In this document: piece after piece, positions 35,416 through 45,507 of the stretch
Layout of the letters: every line of letters begins with the position of its first letter
Position numbering within the stretch: position 1 is the first letter of the stretch
Source: Ramlibacter sp. 2FC
GTDB lineage: Bacteria; Pseudomonadota; Gammaproteobacteria; Burkholderiales; Burkholderiaceae_C
Reading direction: 5' to 3'
Assembly (NCBI GenBank): GCA_943369755.1
Contig: CALROG020000005.1
Coordinates: 49,689 to 113,688, forward strand
Length of the DNA stretch: 64,000 nucleotides
The notes under the pieces: model-generated
The model's database searches: none
Told to the model about the DNA's origin: nothing
What the model saw: the letters and a program-made list of their open reading frames with translations, nothing else
Translations under genes and position numbers: made by a program

Positions 35416-35469
35416 CTACCGTCTCCGCCCGTAGGGGGATAGCAGTAGTGCCAGCGAATAAATCTTCAT
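35416..35469 (-). CDS. Candidate leucine leader peptide MKIYSLALLLSPYGRRR
   Basis: 17-codon ORF with 4 Leu in 5 codons (CTG GCA CTA CTG CTA), two of them the rare CTA, followed by the terminator hairpin. No clear Shine-Dalgarno. Confidence 0.55.
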   Translation of the reverse strand: MKIYSLALLLSPYGRRR

Positions 35470-35509
35470 GGCTGCAAATATAGCACAGGCATTTGTGGCG
35501 CGGTGCGTG

Positions 35510-36319
35510 CTACTTGTGCAGGCCCCGCTCGTCGGGCTCGTCCGTGGACGTGCTGATGACGCTGACTTGCTGGCCCTTGGCCCGGCGCCAGCCATACAGG
35601 AAATATCCCGACAAACCATAGGTCACGAACAAACCGAACAACACAATGGGCGGATCAATGTTGATAACGGCAATGCCAAGGGCAATCAGCACAATCACCA
35701 CGAACGGCACGCTCTTTTTCATTTGCACGTCCTTGAAGCTGTAGAACGGCACATTTGTCACCATGGTCAGGCCCGAGTAAAGGGCCAACGCAAACATCGG
35801 CCAGGCCACCTCATGGCCCTTGACGCCGACATCGGTAGCAACCCAGATGAATCCGGCGACCAGTGCCGCAGCAGCAGGCGAAGGCAGGCCCTGAAAGTAG
35901 CGCTTGTCCACCACTGCGGTGTTGACGTTGAAACGCGCCAGACGCAACGCAGCGCAGGCGCAATAGACGAAAGCCGCGATCCAGCCCCAGCGGCCCAGCC
36001 CTTTCAGAGACCATTCATACGCAATCAACGCGGGGGCCGCACCGAATGACACCATGTCTGACAATGAGTCCATTTGTTCGCCAAACGCGCTTTGGGTGTT
36101 GGTCATGCGGGCAACGCGCCCGTCGAGGCTGTCGAGCACCATGGCGCAGAACACACCCGCTGCCGCCAGGTCAAAACGGCCGTTCATGGCCATCACGACG
36201 GCATAAAAGCCGCCGAAAAGCGCCGCCAACGTAAAAAGGTTGGGCAAGATGTAAATGCCCTTGCGGCGCTTTCGCACCACAACACCGTCAGTAGCCTCAG
36301 GCCCATGATCTGTGTTCAT
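35510..36319 (-). CDS. pssA: CDP-diacylglycerol--serine O-phosphatidyltransferase
   Basis: CDP-alcohol phosphatidyltransferase motif DSLDGRVARMTNTQSAFGEQMDSLSD. 269 aa membrane protein. Confidence 0.9.
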   Translation of the reverse strand: MNTDHGPEATDGVVVRKRRKGIYILPNLFTLAALFGGFYAVVMAMNGRFDLAAAGVFCAMVLDSLDGRVARMTNTQSAFGEQMDSLSDMVSFGAAPALIAYEWSLKGLGRWGWIAAFVYCACAALRLARFNVNTAVVDKRYFQGLPSPAAAALVAGFIWVATDVGVKGHEVAWPMFALALYSGLTMVTNVPFYSFKDVQMKKSVPFVVIVLIALGIAVINIDPPIVLFGLFVTYGLSGYFLYGWRRAKGQQVSVISTSTDEPDERGLHK

Positions 36320-36351
36320 GGGTCGAGTTTAAGGCAGCAGGCAGCCCAAAA

Positions 36352-36382
36352 TGTGAAAAGGCCACCGAAGTGGCCTTTTCTG
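36352..36382 (-). terminator. Rho-independent terminator downstream of ilvC
   Basis: Minus strand: gAAAAGGCCACttcgGTGGCCTTTTcacatttt. Confidence 0.8.
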
Positions 36383-36399
36383 CTGCCGGTAGGGGCAGA

Positions 36400-37943
<1,544 letters not shown>

Positions 37944-38082
37944 AAAGCGTGACTCCTCTTTTCAGTGCCCTCCCCCGCGCACGGTAATGCGCGGGCTTGG
38001 CAGCCAATAGATTCGTCCAAAGTTAGTTGACTGAATTAGGACAGAGCTTGCAGCCATGCCGCTGCGGTCTGCCCGGAAAATT

Positions 38083-39864
38083 TCACAAGTCCTCGGAACC
38101 CAGCAGCATCTCGGTGATACCCGCGCCGGCCTTGACCATGGGAAACACGTTCTCGGTCGGATCGGTGCGGAAGTCCATAAAAACAGTGCGATCTTTCAAC
38201 TTGCGAGCCTCGCGCAGTGCGGGCTCAACGTCCTGCGGGCGCTCAATCAGCATGCCAACGTGGCCATAGGCCTCAGCCAGCTTCACAAAGTTGGGCAGAG
38301 CATCCATGTAGCTGTGGCTGTAGCGGCCCTCGTAGTCAAGCTCCTGCCACTGGCGAACCATGCCCAGGTAGCGGTTGTTCAGGGCCACGATTTTGATGGG
38401 TGTGTTGTATTGCAGGCAGGTCGAAAGCTCCTGGATGCACATCTGCACCGAGCCCTCACCGGTGATGCAATACACCTCGCTGTCGGGCTTGGCGAGCTTG
38501 ATGCCCATGGCATAGGGAATGCCCACACCCATGGTGCCCAGGCCGCCCGAATTGATCCAGCGGCGGGGCTCGTCAAAGCGGTAGTACTGGGCCGCCCACA
38601 TCTGATGTTGACCCACGTCGGACGTGATGTAGGTGTCTGCATCCTTGGTCATGTTCCAAAGCGTTTCCACCACGTACTGGGGCTTGATGACGTCCTTGTT
38701 GTTGCGGTCGTATTTGAGGCAGTCACGCTTGCGCCAGCCTTCGATGGTCTCCCACCAGCTTCCCAGTGCGTTGGCGTCCGGCTTGACAGTCGACTCGCGC
38801 ACCATGGCAATCAGCTCACTGAGCACATCCTTCACGTCGCCAACAATCGGGATGTCAACCTTGACGCGCTTGGAGATGCTGGAAGGGTCAATGTCGATGT
38901 GGATGATCTTTCGCTCGTTCTGGGCGAAGTGCTTGGGATTGCCGATCACGCGGTCATCAAAGCGCGCACCGACGGCAAGCAGCACGTCGCAGTTTTGCAT
39001 CGCGTTGTTGGCTTCGATGGTGCCGTGCATTCCCAGCATACCGAGGAACTTGCGGTCACTGGCGGGATAGGCACCCAGGCCCATCAGCGTGTTGGTGCAG
39101 GGGTAGCCCAACATGTCCACCAGGGTACGCAGCTCCTGTGTGGCGTTACCCAGCAACACGCCGCCGCCGGTGTAAATATAGGGCCGCTTGGCGGCAAGTA
39201 ACAGCTGTAGTGCTTTGCGAATCTGACCGCCGTGGCCTTTGCGCACCGGGTTGTAGGATCGCATTTCCACTGAATCCGGATAGCCGGTGTATGCGGTCTT
39301 GTTGAACGACACATCTTTGGGGATGTCCACTACCACCGGGCCCGGGCGGCCACTGCGAGCGATGTGAAAGGCTTTCTTCATCACCATTGCCATGTCGCGC
39401 ACATCCTTCACCAGAAAGTTGTGCTTGACGATGGGGCGTGTGATGCCTACGGTGTCGCACTCCTGGAAGGCGTCCAGGCCAATCGCGTGAGTCGGCACCT
39501 GGCCGGTGATGATCACCATCGGGATGCTGTCCATATAGGCGGTGGCAATGCCGGTCACGGCATTGGTGACGCCTGGCCCCGAGGTGACCAGCGCCACGCC
39601 TACGTCGCCCGTGGCCCGCGCATAGCCGTCTGCCGCGTGCACGGCGGCCTGCTCGTGGCGCACAAGAATGTGCTGAATCGTGTCTTGCTTGTAGAACGCG
39701 TCGTAAATATGCAGCACCGCGCCACCGGGATAGCCCCAGACGAATTTCACGCTCTCGGCCTGAAGCGCCTTGACGAGAATTTCAGAGCCGCGCAGCTCTT
39801 GCGTGTGGGGGGATTGGTCGGCCGATGCCGCTGCTGCCGAAATTTCGGCTTTTGAGATTTCCAT
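38083..39864 (-). CDS. ilvI: Acetolactate synthase large subunit
   Basis: ATG 39864. GYPGGAVLHIYDA, TSGPGVTNAVTGIATAY and the TPP motif GGLGTMGVGIPYAMG. Confidence 0.95.
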   Translation of the reverse strand: MEISKAEISAAAASADQSPHTQELRGSEILVKALQAESVKFVWGYPGGAVLHIYDAFYKQDTIQHILVRHEQAAVHAADGYARATGDVGVALVTSGPGVTNAVTGIATAYMDSIPMVIITGQVPTHAIGLDAFQECDTVGITRPIVKHNFLVKDVRDMAMVMKKAFHIARSGRPGPVVVDIPKDVSFNKTAYTGYPDSVEMRSYNPVRKGHGGQIRKALQLLLAAKRPYIYTGGGVLLGNATQELRTLVDMLGYPCTNTLMGLGAYPASDRKFLGMLGMHGTIEANNAMQNCDVLLAVGARFDDRVIGNPKHFAQNERKIIHIDIDPSSISKRVKVDIPIVGDVKDVLSELIAMVRESTVKPDANALGSWWETIEGWRKRDCLKYDRNNKDVIKPQYVVETLWNMTKDADTYITSDVGQHQMWAAQYYRFDEPRRWINSGGLGTMGVGIPYAMGIKLAKPDSEVYCITGEGSVQMCIQELSTCLQYNTPIKIVALNNRYLGMVRQWQELDYEGRYSHSYMDALPNFVKLAEAYGHVGMLIERPQDVEPALREARKLKDRTVFMDFRTDPTENVFPMVKAGAGITEMLLGSEDL

Positions 39865-40155
39865 GTTCAACCTTTGTGAATTTCTCTGACGAAAAACCTT
39901 GGGTGCCCCTTCAACGGTCTCTTGTGGAGCCGGATCGGGACTTAGAACCCAAACCATGGGCGCGCTGCTTGCACCGCCGGGTCAGGGCTCGTTTGCCTTT
40001 TGACTTGCAGCCAAGATTATCGCACTGCAACACGCCCACAGCGGAAAAAGCGGTGTGCAGGGTGCCATAATTTCCGGTTTCGCCGCATCCGCGACCGGAA
40101 ACCGCCTCAAAAACGAGACAAAGCCTCCGGCAAAACCTTCCCTCGAACGTCTCTC

Positions 40156-40722
40156 TTGGCTACCGAACAAGAACTCTCCAGCTTTTTGAAAAGCGTCGAA
40201 AAGCGCGCGTTCAAGCGTTCGGTCTATCACGTTCGGGACGACGAGGCGGCGCTGGACATCGTGCAGGACAGCATGATGAAACTGGCCGAGCACTATGGGG
40301 ACAAGCCGGTGGAAGAGCTTCCAATGCTGTTCCAGCGAATTCTTTCCAACTGCATGCTGGACTGGTTTCGTCGCCAAAAAACCCGCAACGCACTGTTTTC
40401 CGACATGCGCGACTTCGAATCTGCGTCAGATGACGGTGATTTCGACTTATTGGAAACTTATTCCGGTCCGGAAGGCTCTCAGCAAGTAGAAAGCTCTGAG
40501 GATTCCCTCGGGCGGGCCCAAATATTGCGTCAGATTGAGACCGAGATACAACTGTTGCCAGGCCGTCAACGCGAAGCGTTCCTCATGCGTTACTGGGAGG
40601 AGATGGACGTGGCTGAAACAGCTGCGGCCATGGGCTGTTCTGAAGGCAGTGTCAAAACGCACTGTTCGCGGGCGGTCCAGGCCCTCAGTAAAGCGCTGAA
40701 GGCGAAGGGATTAAAAGTATGA
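40156..40722 (+). CDS. ECF-type RNA polymerase sigma-70 factor
   Basis: TTG start gives (M)ATEQELSSFLKSVEKRAFKRSVYHVRDDEAALDIVQDSMMKL. Region 2 (FQRILSNCMLDWFRRQ) and region 4 (REAFLMRYWEEMDVAETAAAMGCSEGSVKTHCSRA) are present. Confidence 0.85.
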   Translation: MATEQELSSFLKSVEKRAFKRSVYHVRDDEAALDIVQDSMMKLAEHYGDKPVEELPMLFQRILSNCMLDWFRRQKTRNALFSDMRDFESASDDGDFDLLETYSGPEGSQQVESSEDSLGRAQILRQIETEIQLLPGRQREAFLMRYWEEMDVAETAAAMGCSEGSVKTHCSRAVQALSKALKAKGLKV

Positions 40723-41156
40723 CCGAATCAAACCTCTATCAAGCACAAGTATCGCAAGACCTCTGGGGTCGGCGCATTGCAGCGCGTTTGTCGGCGGGCA
40801 CCTCTGACCTGCCTTACGAAATCTCCGAGCGGCTGCGCGCCGCACGCGTCCAGGCGGTTGCCCGGCGCAAATTTCTGGTCACCCGCAGCGCCGCTGTTGC
40901 CTCAATTTCTGGCGGCATGGCAACCTTGGGTTTTGACAACGACAGGCTCGGCTTCTGGGGCCGACTCGGTTCCGCTTTGCCTCTGGTTGCACTGGCCGCC
41001 GGGCTGATTGCCATCAATGTCGTGCAGAACGACTACCGGGCCCAGGAAGTTGCCGAAGTAGACGCTGCGCTGCTGACCGACGATCTACCCCCTGCGGCTT
41101 ATGCCGATCCGGGCTTTGTCCAGTTTCTCAAGGTCGGTGGCGACCGCCCCCAGTGA
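40719..41156 (+). CDS. DUF3619-family single-pass membrane protein (probable anti-sigma partner)
   Basis: Start overlaps the sigma gene stop (ATGA). One TM segment (LGSALPLVALAAGLIAINVV). The family call is from memory of the conserved Burkholderiales operon. Confidence 0.65.
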   Translation: MTESNLYQAQVSQDLWGRRIAARLSAGTSDLPYEISERLRAARVQAVARRKFLVTRSAAVASISGGMATLGFDNDRLGFWGRLGSALPLVALAAGLIAINVVQNDYRAQEVAEVDAALLTDDLPPAAYADPGFVQFLKVGGDRPQ

Positions 41157-41162
41157 ACCGGA

Positions 41163-41897
41163 ATGCATGGCGCAACAGTTTCCGCGCCCGCCGCCCTACC
41201 TGGCTGGAGGGTGATTCGGGCCGGTTTTCAAACCCTGGCAATGATGGCCTTGGGACTGTCGCTGGCTGGTTTCGCCCCGACGGTGCTGGCGCAACCCGCA
41301 ACACCCGCGGTCAAGGCCGCTGACGCCAAAGCGCTGCCCGCCGCACGCCCCGCATCAGCGGCACGCGCAATCAAAGCTTCAACTGGCCCGGCCTGGAGCG
41401 AACTCACTGCACCCCAGCAGCAGGCGCTGAAGCCGCTGGCGGCGCAGTGGACCACCATCAGTGAAGCCCAGAAACGCAAGTGGCTGGCGCTGTCCCAAAA
41501 TTACCCCAAGCTGCCGCCGGCCGAGCAGGCCAAACTGCACAGCCGGATGAGTGAATGGGTGGCGCTGAGTCCGCAAGAACGATCGGCTGCGCGGCTCAAT
41601 TTCGCTGCAACCAAGCAAATTACGCCGGATGACAAGAAGGCTAAATGGGAGGCCTATCAGTCCCTCAGCGACGAGGAAAAACGGCGCCTGGCCGAAAAAG
41701 CCAGCCCCAAGCCCGTGGGGGCGGCCACGGCCGTCAAGCCCGTGCCACCCCAGAAACTGGCCAATGTGAAGGGCAAAGCCGACCTCAAAGATCGCCCAAA
41801 GGCTGAGGCTGTGTCGCCGCTGGTGAATCAAAATACGCTTTTGCCCAACCAGCAGCAGTCGGCCGCGCCACTGCCTGCCGCGGTGCACCAAAACTGA
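41163..41897 (+). CDS. DUF3106-family secreted protein
   Basis: Signal-like N-terminus, then repeated W..L/(S/T)..Q modules (WSELTAPQQQALKPLAAQW, SEAQKRKWLAL, SPQERSAARLNF, KWEAYQSLSDEEKRRL). Confidence 0.65.
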   Translation: MHGATVSAPAALPGWRVIRAGFQTLAMMALGLSLAGFAPTVLAQPATPAVKAADAKALPAARPASAARAIKASTGPAWSELTAPQQQALKPLAAQWTTISEAQKRKWLALSQNYPKLPPAEQAKLHSRMSEWVALSPQERSAARLNFAATKQITPDDKKAKWEAYQSLSDEEKRRLAEKASPKPVGAATAVKPVPPQKLANVKGKADLKDRPKAEAVSPLVNQNTLLPNQQQSAAPLPAAVHQN

Positions 41898-41962
41898 GCC
41901 CTGCTGATTTTTCGATGACTGTTTTGTCCGACGGGGCTACAGCAGCGCAAGGCGCGGCGAAT

Positions 41963-42466
41963 ATGGCTCACCCCTTCAATCTCAACCCGCCATCCTTGAA
42001 GCGGCGGATGGCCTGTTGGCTGTATGAAGGCATGTTGCTGTTTGCGGTGGTGTTCGTGGCCGGCTGGCTGTTCATCACTTTGGGCCAGATGCGCAACGCG
42101 ATGGATGAACGCCGTCACCTCTTGCAGGCATTTTTGTTCATCATCTTCGGCATCTACTTCACCTGGTTCTGGGCACGTGGTCAGACTCTGGCCATGAAAA
42201 CCTGGAACCTGCGCATCGTGGACGTTGCCGGCCGCCCGATCAGCCAGCGACGCGCGCTGAGCCGGTACATCTTGAGCTGGCTTTGGTTCTTGCCGCCACT
42301 TGCGGTCATTGCGCCGTTCAAACTGTCAGCAGGTGCCTCAACACTGCTGGTCCTTGGTTGGATTGCGGTGTACGCACTGCTTTGCCGCTTCCACCCGCAG
42401 CGCCAGTTTTGGCATGATGCGCTCGCCGGAACGCGGCTGATTTCATCGCCGTCGCTGAGCCGGTAG
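41963..42466 (+). CDS. RDD-family membrane protein
   Basis: SLKRRMACWLYEGMLLF... with Arg/Asp spacing typical of RDD domains and 3 TM. The start is ambiguous (ATG 41915 or 41963). Confidence 0.65.
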   Translation: MAHPFNLNPPSLKRRMACWLYEGMLLFAVVFVAGWLFITLGQMRNAMDERRHLLQAFLFIIFGIYFTWFWARGQTLAMKTWNLRIVDVAGRPISQRRALSRYILSWLWFLPPLAVIAPFKLSAGASTLLVLGWIAVYALLCRFHPQRQFWHDALAGTRLISSPSLSR

Positions 42467-42497
42467 GCTTGTCACGCTGGTGCGCCACAATCACCGA

Positions 42498-42896
42498 ATG
42501 CCCTCCCCCGCCCCCAACGAAGTCAACCCCCAAAAAGCACGCACCGGCCTGAGCCGGGTCTGGCACGCCACCGGCTATTCAATGGAGGGGTTGCGCGCTG
42601 GCTGGGGTGAAACCGCTTTCCGCCAGGAAGCCATTGCCGCCCTGGTGCTGCTGCCGGCCTCGCTGTGGCTGGGCCGCAACTGGGTTGAAATAGCCTTGCT
42701 GGCAGGCTCGGTGCTGATCCTGATGATCGTCGAACTGCTCAACACCGGCATTGAGACCGCCATTGACCGCATCGGCCCTGAGTGGCACGACCTGTCCAAA
42801 CGCGCCAAGGACATGGGCAGTGCCGCCGTTTTGCTGAGCCTGCTGTTGTGCCTGGGTATCTGGGCGGCTGCGCTTTGGCACAGGTTTGCCGCATGA
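42498..42896 (+). CDS. dgkA: Diacylglycerol kinase
   Basis: GYSMEGLRAGWGETAFRQE...VELLNTGIETAIDRIG...SKRAKDMGSAAV, canonical DgkA. First ATG at 42498. Confidence 0.85.
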   Translation: MPSPAPNEVNPQKARTGLSRVWHATGYSMEGLRAGWGETAFRQEAIAALVLLPASLWLGRNWVEIALLAGSVLILMIVELLNTGIETAIDRIGPEWHDLSKRAKDMGSAAVLLSLLLCLGIWAAALWHRFAA

Positions 42897-43480
42897 CGCC
42901 TGCATTTTCGATTTGTGTTTACTGTGGCTCACGGCCTGGCAACGAGCCCGGTTTTTCCGAGCTGGCAACGGCGGTCGGCCAGTGGATTGGTGCGCACAAC
43001 GGCCAGCTTGTCTACGGCGGCGGCAACAATGGCTTGATGGGCCTGGTGGCCGATGCCACACTGGCCGCAGGCGGCCGGGTGGTCGGCATCATCCCCAAGG
43101 CACTGGTCGAACGTGAATGGGCCAAACTCGACTGCACCGAGCTGCACGTGGTGCAAACCATGCACGAGCGCAAAAGCATGATGGCCGAGCGAGCCGATGC
43201 CTTTTTGGCTTTGCCCGGCGGCATCGGCACGTTTGAGGAACTCTTCGAAGTCTGGACCTGGCGTCAACTGGCCTACCACGACAAGCCGGTCGGCCTGCTC
43301 AACGCCAACGGCTACTACGACGGCCTACTGACTTTTTTGCACAGTGCGGTGGGCCACGGCTTGATGAACGACTGGCAGATGAGCCTGCTGCAAGTAGGCA
43401 CCGACCCGGCCGAGTTGCTGCCTGCGCTGGTGCAGGCAGCAGGCCTGGGCGCCAACCGGGTGAACCTGAGCGAGATTTAG
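42893..43480 (+). CDS. LOG-family (TIGR00730) nucleotide phosphoribohydrolase
   Basis: ATG 42893 overlaps the dgkA stop. GGGNNGLMG and PGGIGTFEELFE motifs. Confidence 0.88.
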   Translation: MTPAFSICVYCGSRPGNEPGFSELATAVGQWIGAHNGQLVYGGGNNGLMGLVADATLAAGGRVVGIIPKALVEREWAKLDCTELHVVQTMHERKSMMAERADAFLALPGGIGTFEELFEVWTWRQLAYHDKPVGLLNANGYYDGLLTFLHSAVGHGLMNDWQMSLLQVGTDPAELLPALVQAAGLGANRVNLSEI

Positions 43481-43487
43481 CTGCGGT

Positions 43488-43838
<351 letters not shown>

Positions 43839-45500
43839 TCATAAAAATTTGCTGGTTATAGGATAGCGCCAATCTTTGCCAAAGCTGCGGTGGCTGACCC
43901 TGATGCCCACTGGTGCCTGGCGGCGCTTGTACTCATTGATCTTGATCAGCCGGGTCACCCGGTCAACGTCAGCGCGGGCGTAGCCGGCAGCAACGATCTC
44001 GTCGGCCGACTGGTCGTTTTCCATGTAGCGCTCCAAAATCGCGTCCAGCACCTCGTAGGGCGGCAGGCTGTCCTGGTCTTTCTGGTCGGGCCGCAGCTCG
44101 GCGCTGGGTGGGCGGGTGATGATGCGCTCGGGAATCGGGTTGGCACCCGTACCGTAGGGGTCGTTGGCATTGCGCCAGTGCGCCAGTCTGAATACCGTGG
44201 TCTTGAGCACGTCCTTGATCACCGCGAAGCCACCGGCCATGTCGCCATACAGCGTGCAGTAACCAGTGGCCATCTCACTCTTGTTGCCGGTGGTCAGCAC
44301 GATGCTGCCGAACTTGTTGCTCAGGGCCATCAGCAACGTGCCCCGGATGCGGGCCTGAATGTTCTCTTCGGTCGTGTCTTCGGCCCGGCCTGCGAACTCG
44401 CTGGCCAGCGCCGCCTTGAAGGCCTCGAACTGCGGCACGATTGAAATTTCGTCGTAGCGCACGCCCAGGCGCCGGGCCATCTCGCGCGCGTCGATCCAGG
44501 AAATGTCGGCGGTGTAGGGCGAAGGCATCATCACTGTACGCACCTTGTCGCGGCCCAGGGCGTCAACCGCGATGGCCAGCACCAGGGCTGAATCAATCCC
44601 GCCCGACAGGCCCAGAATCGCACCGGGAAAGCCGTTCTTGCCGATGTAGTCACGCACGCCCAGCACCAGCGCGTCCCACAAATCCGCCTCGACGCTGCGT
44701 TCGGGCACCGAATTCGCTATGATTTTTATAGCGGCTCCCGAACGCTCCACGCGGGCTGGAAACATGTTTTCTTCAAAACTCGGGGCCCGCCCGGCCAGAC
44801 TGGCGTCGGCGTTCACGGCGAATGAGTGCCCCTCAAAAACCACCTCGTCCTGGCCACCCACCAGGTGCGCATAAACCAGCGGCAGGCCGCAGGCGCGTAC
44901 CCGCTCAAGCATAGTCTGTTCGCGCTCGCTGCCCTTGCCGACGTGAAACGGCGAGGCATTGATCACCGCCAGCAGCTCGGCACCGGCGTCCTTGGCGGCC
45001 TGGGCGGGGGCCTGGAACCACGCGTCTTCACAGATCAGCAGGCCCACCTTGATGCCTTGCACCTCGAACACACAAGTGCCGGTGCCTGGCGTGAAGTAGC
45101 GGCGCTCGTCAAACACCTGGTAGTTGGGCAGCTCACGTTTGGCGTAACTGGCGATCACCGCGCCCTCGCGCAGCACACTGGCCGCGTTGTGGCGCTGCGT
45201 AATGGCCACACTGCGGGTGCGTTGGTCGCCGCCGGTCGGGTGGCCCACCACCACCGTCATGCCCTTTAACCCGGCCAATTCGCGGGCCACCCGCTTCACG
45301 GCATCATCACAGGCGGCAATGAAGGCCGGGCGAAGGAACAGGTCTTCCGCCGCATAGCCGCAAATCGAGAGTTCGGGTGTCAGCAACAGCCGGGCACCGT
45401 CCGCGTAAGCTGCATGGGCAGCCGCCACGATCTTGCTGGCGTTGCCCGGCATGTCGCCCACGACGAAATTGAGTTGGGCGACGCAAAGTTTGAGAGTCAT
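43839..45500 (-). CDS. nadE: Glutamine-dependent NAD(+) synthetase
   Basis: N-terminal CN-hydrolase domain (LICEDAW) and C-terminal PP-loop LGLSGGIDSALV. Carries a family-A repeat in the inter-domain region. Confidence 0.95.
   Translation of the reverse strand: MTLKLCVAQLNFVVGDMPGNASKIVAAAHAAYADGARLLLTPELSICGYAAEDLFLRPAFIAACDDAVKRVARELAGLKGMTVVVGHPTGGDQRTRSVAITQRHNAASVLREGAVIASYAKRELPNYQVFDERRYFTPGTGTCVFEVQGIKVGLLICEDAWFQAPAQAAKDAGAELLAVINASPFHVGKGSEREQTMLERVRACGLPLVYAHLVGGQDEVVFEGHSFAVNADASLAGRAPSFEENMFPARVERSGAAIKIIANSVPERSVEADLWDALVLGVRDYIGKNGFPGAILGLSGGIDSALVLAIAVDALGRDKVRTVMMPSPYTADISWIDAREMARRLGVRYDEISIVPQFEAFKAALASEFAGRAEDTTEENIQARIRGTLLMALSNKFGSIVLTTGNKSEMATGYCTLYGDMAGGFAVIKDVLKTTVFRLAHWRNANDPYGTGANPIPERIITRPPSAELRPDQKDQDSLPPYEVLDAILERYMENDQSADEIVAAGYARADVDRVTRLIKINEYKRRQAPVGIRVSHRSFGKDWRYPITSKFL
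44713..44760 (+). repeat. Family-A interspersed repeat, copy 6 (inside nadE, antisense to the gene)
   Basis: ttCGCTAtgaTTTTTATAGCGGCTccCGAAcgctccacGCGGGCTgGA. nadE reads it as FPARVERSGAAIKIIANS. Confidence 0.85.
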
Positions 45501-45507
45501 ACCAGCA

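Noticed and set aside
39865-40155. Search for a Val/Ile/Leu-rich leader peptide or attenuator upstream of ilvI
   Set aside because: The only mini-ORF found (MAPCTPLFPLWACCSAIILAASQKANEP) has a weak branched-chain run. No convincing terminator hairpin with a T-tract follows it, so this is not reportable as an attenuator.
43845-43905. Weak resemblance to family A (tttgctggttataggatagcgcc...gcggtggctgaccc) at the 3' end of nadE
   Set aside because: It encodes the conserved NadE C-terminus (FGKDWRYPITSKFL). The spacing and the CGCA-N8-GCGGGCT core do not match.
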